Below, piece after piece: positions 57,627 through 64,000 of a stretch of DNA of 64,000 nt; the first letter of the stretch is position 1; each line of letters starts with the position of its first letter. The notes under the pieces were generated by a model. The model ran no database searches. It saw nothing but the letters and a program-made list of their open reading frames with translations, and was not told the origin of the DNA. A program made the position numbers and the translations under genes. The DNA is from a virus: the IMG/VR virus record IMGVR_UViG_3300036770_007703, positions 1 to 64,000 of that record; one strand, 5' to 3'.

Positions 57627-57985
57627 GCGACGTTTTCAGCGATCAAAGAAAATTCATGACCGTGTCCGGCCAGTCCGTGGACCGTTACAATCCCGACCAA
57701 TTCGAGCTTTACAAACGCTTGATACAAGAAGAAGTCACTGAACTGGAAGAAGCTGTTGACATGGAGGCCGAACTGGATGCTCTCATCGACATCTTGGTGG
57801 TGACTGTGGGTGCCATCCACAGCATGGGCGCCGATGCTGAAAGTGCCTGGAAAGAAGTGTTCCGCAGCAACATGGCCAAAGTGGATCCCATCACAGGTCG
57901 TGTGATGAAACGCGAAGATGGCAAAGTGCTCAAACCCGCCAATTGGGAACCACCTAGGTTGTCTGGTTTTCTCAGGAAATCATGA
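57623..57985 (+). CDS. MazG-like/PRA-PH NTP pyrophosphohydrolase
   Basis: EE..EL..A....ELDALID, SNMAK, REDGKVLKP. Confidence 0.85.
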   Translation: MSDVFSDQRKFMTVSGQSVDRYNPDQFELYKRLIQEEVTELEEAVDMEAELDALIDILVVTVGAIHSMGADAESAWKEVFRSNMAKVDPITGRVMKREDGKVLKPANWEPPRLSGFLRKS

Positions 57986-58419
57986 CTGCCATGATCGAAC
58001 CCTTGCGCGATGACCTCATGGTACAGCAACAACTGCCGGCGGGGTTTGGCCCGATTGGTGCCTGGCAACACATGGTGGCAGTGATCATGCTGAACCAGAC
58101 TGGACGAAAACCTGTGAAAACGGTATTTCCCATTTTCATGCACCGATGGCCCACACCCCTGTCTTTCTACAAGGCCACGGAACAGGAAGTCAAAGATGTG
58201 ATATGGCCTCTGGGTATGATGAATGTGCGTTATAAACGACTCAAAGGCATGACCCAAGACTTCTTGACGTGGGACCAAGATGATGCTACAATGTTGTATG
58301 GCATCGGCAAATATGGTTCGGACTCATATGAGATCTTTTTCAAGAACAACTACACTGTGGAACCCACTGACAAAGAACTGCGGCGCTACTTGGACGAAGA
58401 AATTTTCACAACGGCCTAA
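57982..58419 (+). CDS. HhH-GPD DNA glycosylase, MBD4-like
   Basis: W..MVA.IMLN.T, WPTP, PLG...[22 protein letters not shown]. Confidence 0.8.
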   Translation: MTAMIEPLRDDLMVQQQLPAGFGPIGAWQHMVAVIMLNQTGRKPVKTVFPIFMHRWPTPLSFYKATEQEVKDVIWPLGMMNVRYKRLKGMTQDFLTWDQDDATMLYGIGKYGSDSYEIFFKNNYTVEPTDKELRRYLDEEIFTTA

Positions 58420-58427
58420 ATAAAATC

Positions 58428-59315
58428 ATGGAAAAAATCACTTACACTGAAATCTTTTACAGCCTGCAAGGCGAGGGCAAATGGGCCGGTGTGCCCTCGG
58501 TGTTCTTCCGCACATACGGTTGCAACTTCCGTTGCCGCAAGTTTGGTCGCACAGACGACTTCGAAGGGCACAACCCCGAAGTGGTGGACATCATCAAGAT
58601 GGTGCAAGCCGAGCCCGAGAAATACAAAAAGTTCGAAGACTTGCCCCTTGTGACCACAGGCTGCGATACCTATGCCAGCATCTATCCCGAATTCAAGAGT
58701 TTCAACGAACAGGATGATGTTGACACCATCGTGGATCGCATGCATGCCTTGATTCCCAACAACACCTGGGACCAAGGCTGGAACGATGATGTGCATCTCG
58801 TGATCACGGGTGGAGAACCACTCTTGGGTTATCAAAAATTGTATCCCGAGATGCTTCAACGCTGCCGAGACAATGGTCTACGCAACCTCACATTTGAGAC
58901 CAACGGCAGCCAGGAGCTCTATCCCGAAGTCGAACGATATCTCTTTGAAGAATTTACACGCAACGGTAGAGACTATGATCGGCTCACATTCAGTGTCAGC
59001 CCCAAATTGCCCTGTTCGGGTGAGCGGTGGGAATCGGCTATCAACCCCAAGGTGGTCAAAAGCTACGAGATGGTGGGTATGACCTATCTCAAGTTTGTAG
59101 TGGCCACGAGGCAGGACGTAGAAGATGCTGAACGTGCTGTCACAGAGTTCCGCGAAGCCGGCTTTGGTGGACCGGTGTATCTCATGCCCATGGGCGGTGT
59201 GCCGCAGGTTTACAATCTCAACACACAAGAAGTGGCTCGCTTGGCCATGGAGCGAGGTTGGCGCTACAGTCCCAGGCTGCAAGTGGATATCTGGAGGAAC
59301 GCATGGGGAACTTGA
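58428..59315 (+). CDS. queE: 7-carboxy-7-deazaguanine synthase (radical SAM)
   Basis: [19 protein letters not shown]...CDT, ITGGEPL, ETNG, SVSPK, R.S.RLQ. Confidence 0.9.
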   Translation: MEKITYTEIFYSLQGEGKWAGVPSVFFRTYGCNFRCRKFGRTDDFEGHNPEVVDIIKMVQAEPEKYKKFEDLPLVTTGCDTYASIYPEFKSFNEQDDVDTIVDRMHALIPNNTWDQGWNDDVHLVITGGEPLLGYQKLYPEMLQRCRDNGLRNLTFETNGSQELYPEVERYLFEEFTRNGRDYDRLTFSVSPKLPCSGERWESAINPKVVKSYEMVGMTYLKFVVATRQDVEDAERAVTEFREAGFGGPVYLMPMGGVPQVYNLNTQEVARLAMERGWRYSPRLQVDIWRNAWGT

Positions 59316-60070
59316 CCACCAAACAACGCATCAAATCCATCACTGGCTGGATCAAAGACTACGCCAAGAAAAATCGCATCAAGACCTTGGTGGTAGGAGT
59401 TTCTGGCGGCATCGATTCCGCAGTGGTCAGTGCCTTGTGTGCTCGCACTGGCTTGCCCACCATCGCAGTGAGCATGCCCATCCATCAGAGCAAAAAGACA
59501 CACAGCCTTAGCGTGGCCCACGGTGCTTGGTTGAGAGAAAATTTTGAAAACGTGCGGCACGAGACTGTAGATCTCACACCCACGTTCCGGCAGTTTGAAC
59601 GACTGTTTGATGGCGGATCCGAGCTGGGCTTGGCCAACAGCCGTGCCCGACTCAGGATGATGTGCCTATACCAGACTGCACAAGATGCTGGTGGTATCGT
59701 GGTAGGCACCGGTAACCGTGTGGAAGACTTTGGTGTGGGCTTCTTTACCAAGTACGGTGATGGCGGTGTGGATATCAGCCCCATCGGCGACTGTCTCAAA
59801 ACCGAAGTCTGGGCCATGGGACGCGAGTTGGGCATTCTCGACGAAATCATCGATGCACCCCCCACTGACGGTCTCTGGGCCGATGGACGCACCGACGAAA
59901 CACAATTGGGCATGACCTATCCCGAACTGGAAGAGGCCATGCAGCTGGACGAGGTCGCCGAGACCGCTGACCTAGATCGCGGGCAACGAGCAAGGTTGAA
60001 ACGCTATCGAGAGATCCGTGCCCGTAACTTGCACAAGATGCTGCCCATCCCGGTGTGCAAGATAGATTAA
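59303..60070 (+). CDS. nadE: NH3-dependent NAD+ synthetase
   Basis: [10 protein letters not shown]-loop, [38 protein letters not shown]. Confidence 0.92.
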   Translation: MGNLTTKQRIKSITGWIKDYAKKNRIKTLVVGVSGGIDSAVVSALCARTGLPTIAVSMPIHQSKKTHSLSVAHGAWLRENFENVRHETVDLTPTFRQFERLFDGGSELGLANSRARLRMMCLYQTAQDAGGIVVGTGNRVEDFGVGFFTKYGDGGVDISPIGDCLKTEVWAMGRELGILDEIIDAPPTDGLWADGRTDETQLGMTYPELEEAMQLDEVAETADLDRGQRARLKRYREIRARNLHKMLPIPVCKID

Positions 60071-60085
60071 AAAGAAAGGCAACAC

Positions 60086-61186
60086 ATGAGTTATCTGTTT
60101 ACCAGCGAAAGCGTCAGTGAAGGTCATCCCGACAAAGTGGCCGATGCCATCTCGGATGCAGTGGTGGATTATTTCATGGAGCAAGGCACCGATCGTGTGC
60201 GATGTGCCTGTGAGACCTTGGTCACCACAAATCGCGTGATCATTGCCGGCGAGTACAAAGGCGAATTTGATGCCGGCAACATCGAAGATCGCATACGCGA
60301 AACCGTGCGCGGCATTGGCTATCATCAGAGCGGATTTGATGCCGACACTTTTACATTCACCAACCTCATGCACGGTCAGAGCGCGGACATCGCCTTGGGC
60401 ACCGATTCGTTTGGTGCCGGAGATCAAGGACTCATGTTTGGCTATGCATGCAAAGAAACCGATGCTTACATGCCTGCAGCCATTTACTGGAGTCATCGCA
60501 TCGTGGAAACACTGGCACAACTGCGCCACGGTGGCAAGATGTCATGGCTGGGACCCGATGCCAAAAGCCAGGTCACGTTCGAATACAACGACAGCGGAGT
60601 ACCAACTCGGGTGGCTCGAGTGGTGTGTAGCACGCAGCACGAAGAAGGCATGAACATCGAATCTCTTCGACATGCTGTGGAAACCGTGATACGATCAGTG
60701 TTGCCGCAAAAATACATAGACTCCAACACTGAATTTTACATCAATCCCACGGGACGGTTCGTTATAGGTGGGCCCGATGGCGACACTGGTGTCACGGGAC
60801 GCAAGATCATCGTGGACACTTATGGTGGTTCAGCACCGCATGGCGGAGGTGCATTTTCTGGCAAAGATCCCACCAAAGTGGATCGCAGTGCTGCCTACAT
60901 GATGCGTTACATTGCCAAGAACATCGTGGCCTCGGGACGAGCATCATGGGCCACCTGCCAAATCAGTTATGCCATTGGTGTATCCCAGCCCATGAGTTTT
61001 TACATCGAGTGTGATGACACAGCATTGGCAAGAGACTTGACATTACTGATTCCAAAGGTAGTAGACTTGACTCCTCGGGGAATCATCGAGCGCTTTGATC
61101 TTTTCCGACCCATATATCACAACACCACTAATTACGGACACTTTGGAAAACCAGGATTGCCCTGGGAAAAAATCGATTTGTTCTAA
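60086..61186 (+). CDS. metK: S-adenosylmethionine synthetase
   Basis: FTSESVSEGHPDK, GAGDQG, GRFVIGGP.GD.G.TGRKIIVDTYGG, GGGAFSGKDPTKVDRS. Confidence 0.97.
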   Translation: MSYLFTSESVSEGHPDKVADAISDAVVDYFMEQGTDRVRCACETLVTTNRVIIAGEYKGEFDAGNIEDRIRETVRGIGYHQSGFDADTFTFTNLMHGQSADIALGTDSFGAGDQGLMFGYACKETDAYMPAAIYWSHRIVETLAQLRHGGKMSWLGPDAKSQVTFEYNDSGVPTRVARVVCSTQHEEGMNIESLRHAVETVIRSVLPQKYIDSNTEFYINPTGRFVIGGPDGDTGVTGRKIIVDTYGGSAPHGGGAFSGKDPTKVDRSAAYMMRYIAKNIVASGRASWATCQISYAIGVSQPMSFYIECDDTALARDLTLLIPKVVDLTPRGIIERFDLFRPIYHNTTNYGHFGKPGLPWEKIDLF

Positions 61187-61189
61187 GTG

Positions 61190-61438
61190 ATGCCGGTACC
61201 ATTCATGGACATACAGTACTATGATTTTTTTGACGAGCTTGCCACTCTACAGCATCGCTGGAGTTGGTGGCCGCGTCGATGCCATATATCCGGGCGTTGG
61301 TTGTTTTGCCAACCAGCAGTTCGTGCCCGTGTTGTGTACACTGGTCCCGGTGATCCCGTCGTAAAAGATCGATGGTATCACCGTCAAGAAGCATTGGTAA
61401 AAATTATGAGAGGATCACATCATGGGTTTGTTCGATAG
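61190..61438 (+). CDS. Hypothetical protein
   Basis: W.WWPRRC..SG.WL pattern. Confidence 0.55.
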   Translation: MPVPFMDIQYYDFFDELATLQHRWSWWPRRCHISGRWLFCQPAVRARVVYTGPGDPVVKDRWYHRQEALVKIMRGSHHGFVR

Positions 61439-61811
61439 ATTTAAGAAAAAACCTGCGGCCCCTGCAGAACCTAAAGAAAAACCTGAAAAGGTAACAAAAA
61501 AATCTGCCAAGGAACTGGCCACCGAACGCGGAGAGCCCTATGTGTCGATCGTGCGCATGGATGTCAATCCCGAAAATCTGCACGAAGGCAGTTTCGAACT
61601 GGACTGGAACGACAAGTTCATAGCCAACCTGGTGCGAGCAGGATATCAGATGAAGCCCAACGAATCCGAAGACATCATAGTAGATCGTTGGTTCCAGAAT
61701 GTGTGCCGCAACGTGGTCATGGAGACCTGGGAACAAGAACAGGCCATGAACCCCAATGTTCGTTACACCCAGAGTCGTGATCTCGGTGGAGGTCGGCGAG
61801 AAGTATCATGA
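61422..61811 (+). CDS. Hypothetical phage protein
   Basis: K..AT..GEPYV, G.FELDWND.F..L...GY, IVD.WF. Confidence 0.7.
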   Translation: MGLFDRFKKKPAAPAEPKEKPEKVTKKSAKELATERGEPYVSIVRMDVNPENLHEGSFELDWNDKFIANLVRAGYQMKPNESEDIIVDRWFQNVCRNVVMETWEQEQAMNPNVRYTQSRDLGGGRREVS

Positions 61812-62371
61812 ACATCCTGCTGTGCGGTGACAGTTTCGCTGCCGACTGGAATCATCGTTCCACCCAGGCATGGTGGCAACAACTGTCACAGCATCATGAC
61901 ATGGTCAATGTGGCCCAGGCCGGATGCAGCGAATATCGCATCCTACAACAACTGAGAAATCAATGCCTCAACGACTTTGACGCTGTGATCATTTGCCACA
62001 CCAGTCCATATCGCATCTATGTGCAAAAGAATCCCTTGCACCCCAGTGGTACTCATGCCAACAGCGATCTCATATTCAGTGATGTGGAAAACAGCAAAAA
62101 CACTGAGGTACGTGAGCATCTGCTGTACTGGTTCCAGCATCTCTTGGATCTAGATCATGCCAGAGACATGTATGGCATGATACGCAGAGAGATACAAGAC
62201 CTGGTGTCCGGGCGGCCATGCCTGCATCTCAATTTTTTTGAACAAACACTTTCCGGTGACGTCAGCATGCATAGATTCTGGCGAGATCATCCCGGCGACA
62301 TCAATCACATGGATCCCACTGGAAATCGCAGGGTCTACCAATACATCAAGGAACTGATCAATGATCTTTAA
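61808..62371 (+). CDS. SGNH-like hydrolase or acyltransferase
   Basis: CGDSFA, N.AQAGCSEY.I, NHM...GN. Confidence 0.65.
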   Translation: MNILLCGDSFAADWNHRSTQAWWQQLSQHHDMVNVAQAGCSEYRILQQLRNQCLNDFDAVIICHTSPYRIYVQKNPLHPSGTHANSDLIFSDVENSKNTEVREHLLYWFQHLLDLDHARDMYGMIRREIQDLVSGRPCLHLNFFEQTLSGDVSMHRFWRDHPGDINHMDPTGNRRVYQYIKELINDL

Positions 62372-62837
62372 TCACATCAAACAACTCAAAGCCGAAGGCA
62401 AAAAGATCGGCATCACTTTCAGCACCTTTGATATGCTGCATGCCGGGCACATCGCCATGCTGAGTGAAGCCAAGAACCACTGCGATTATCTCATCTGTGG
62501 CTTGCAGACCGATCCCACCATAGATCGTCCCGACACCAAGAACCGTCCAGTGCAGAGCATAGTAGAACGCCAGATCCAGTTGGCCGCTTGCCGCTATGTG
62601 GACGAAGTGGTGGTGTATGAGACCGAGCAGGATCTCGTGGATCTCTTGCTGATCCTGCCCTTGGATGTTCGCATCCTGGGAGTAGAGTACGAAGGCAAAC
62701 ACTTCAGCGGCCGGGACGAATGCGAACATCGCTGCATCGACATCATCTTCAATGCCCGAGATCACAGTTTCTCTAGTTCAAGTTTGCGCAAGCGTGTGGT
62801 TCAAGCCGAAGTAGAAAAAGGTCTCCGTCAATCATGA
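62361..62837 (+). CDS. Cytidylyltransferase (TagD-like)
   Basis: STFDMLHAGH, ER...L....YVDEV, R.H..SSS.LR. Confidence 0.88.
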   Translation: MIFNHIKQLKAEGKKIGITFSTFDMLHAGHIAMLSEAKNHCDYLICGLQTDPTIDRPDTKNRPVQSIVERQIQLAACRYVDEVVVYETEQDLVDLLLILPLDVRILGVEYEGKHFSGRDECEHRCIDIIFNARDHSFSSSSLRKRVVQAEVEKGLRQS

Positions 62838-63547
62838 AACTCTACATCAACGGTGACAGCCATGCTGCAGCCGCCGAGGCTGTGAATACCTATGCTTTTG
62901 CCGAAGACGATCACAAATTCTTGTATCTAGGTCGAGCACCGCACCCCGACAATGCTCGCGTGAGCTGGCCACGCAGGCTGGCCGATGTCATGAAGGCCAC
63001 TTTGCACAACGACTCTGAAAGTGCCAGCAGCAACGACCGCATCATGCGCACCACGCGCCAGTGGTTGCAACAACATTCGAGATGGTTGCCCGAGACCTTG
63101 GTGATCATACAGTGGAGCACCTGGGAGCGCGAAGAATGGTGGATCGATGGTAGATCCTATCAGGTCACTGCATCTGGTACCGACGATGTGCCAGAAAATC
63201 ACCGCGAACAATACAAGCAATTTGTGAGCCAGATCAATTGGCAGCAGACCACGAAACGAGCACATCAGCGTGTGTGGGATTTCCACGTCGAGCTCCAGAA
63301 TCTGGGCGTGCGCCATGTGTTCATGAACGGCAACAATCATTTTGGTGACATTTCTGGACCAGAACAACGCGACTGGCAAGGCAGCTACATCTCTCCGTAT
63401 GACCCCGCGGGCACCTATGATGCGTGGCTCAAACACAACGGATTCCACACGGTTTCTCCAAAATCCTGGCATTTTGGACGAGATGCTCATGCGGCCTGGG
63501 CCAATTTTGTGTTACAATATGTTATCGACAACCAACTCATGACATGA
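62834..63547 (+). CDS. SGNH-like hydrolase or acyltransferase
   Basis: NGDSH, SW, SSNDRI.R, IQWS..ER.E, WHF..DAH. Confidence 0.6.
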   Translation: MKLYINGDSHAAAAEAVNTYAFAEDDHKFLYLGRAPHPDNARVSWPRRLADVMKATLHNDSESASSNDRIMRTTRQWLQQHSRWLPETLVIIQWSTWEREEWWIDGRSYQVTASGTDDVPENHREQYKQFVSQINWQQTTKRAHQRVWDFHVELQNLGVRHVFMNGNNHFGDISGPEQRDWQGSYISPYDPAGTYDAWLKHNGFHTVSPKSWHFGRDAHAAWANFVLQYVIDNQLMT

Positions 63548-63550
63548 TCT

Positions 63551-64000
63551 ATGCGATATCTATTGATGGACACTGCCAATGTATTTTTCCGAGCCAGGCA
63601 CGCGGCTTTTCGTGCCGCTGACGCTTGGGAAAAAGTCGGCTACGCTCTGCACATCACCTTGAGTTCTATCAACAAGGTGTATCGGCAGTTTCCCGCAGAT
63701 CATGTGGTGTTTGCGCTGGAGGGTCGCAGTTGGCGCAAAGATGTGTATGCACCCTACAAGCGCAATCGTGCCGATGCCCGGGCAGCTCTCACTGAAAAAG
63801 AACGCGAAGAAGATCAGCTGTTCTGGGAAACCTATGATAATCTGACTAAATACTTGGCTGAAAACACCAACTGCTCGGTGATCAGACACGAGCGAGCCGA
63901 AGCTGATGACGTGATAGCTCGCTGGATAGCATTACATCCCAACGACGAACACATCATCGTTTCCAGCGACACTGACTTTGCACAACTCTTGGCCCACAAC
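63551..64000 (+). CDS. rnh: 5'-3' exonuclease/T4 RNase H-like (3' partial; absent from ORF track)
   Basis: Translated by hand: MRYLLMDTANVFFR...SWRK..Y..YK.NR...EADD.IA...IVSSD.DF.QL. Confidence 0.9.
   Translation, partial: MRYLLMDTANVFFRARHAAFRAADAWEKVGYALHITLSSINKVYRQFPADHVVFALEGRSWRKDVYAPYKRNRADARAALTEKEREEDQLFWETYDNLTKYLAENTNCSVIRHERAEADDVIARWIALHPNDEHIIVSSDTDFAQLLAHN

Overview
This 64 kb window is from a large T4-like/jumbo tailed phage genome, almost all on the + strand; phoH is the only credible - strand gene. Spanin-like genes and kdsA point to a Gram-negative host. Layout: (1) 1-6.9 kb tail fibre, LamG and baseplate-like structural genes. (2) 7-13 kb DnaE fragment, GroES, RFC-type clamp loader, HAD hydrolase, phoH. 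(3) 13.9-17.2 kb lysis cassette (M15 peptidase, spanin-like pair, extra lipoprotein, holin-like) containing kdsA. (4) 17-21 kb DnaJ, peptide deformylase, ClpA. (5) 22-37 kb late-promoter-driven array of modular proteins, many with an N-terminal MRAxEFxxE leader resembling the T4 capsid-targeting sequence and [VLI]-x-E linkers. Their domains include GNAT, zincin, amidoligase, nuclease-like, HAD, Dps, kinase and methyltransferase. (6) 37-46 kb glycosyltransferase-like and SGNH genes, ahcY, DsbA-like, family B DNA polymerase, sliding clamp. (7) 46.5-63.5 kb 7-deazaguanine DNA-modification locus (DpdA/TGT, FolE, QueD, QueD-like, QueE; no QueC in the window), interleaved with glycosyltransferases, GalE, a DegT-type aminotransferase, methyltransferases, PRT, MazG-like, an MBD4-like glycosylase, NadE and MetK. 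(8) A T4 RNase H-like gene truncated at the right edge. The three main leads are the capsid-targeted polyprotein cargo array, a preQ1-I-like pseudoknot upstream of queD, and a possible glycosylated deazaguanine hypermodification. All calls come from motif recognition by eye; no database searches were run.
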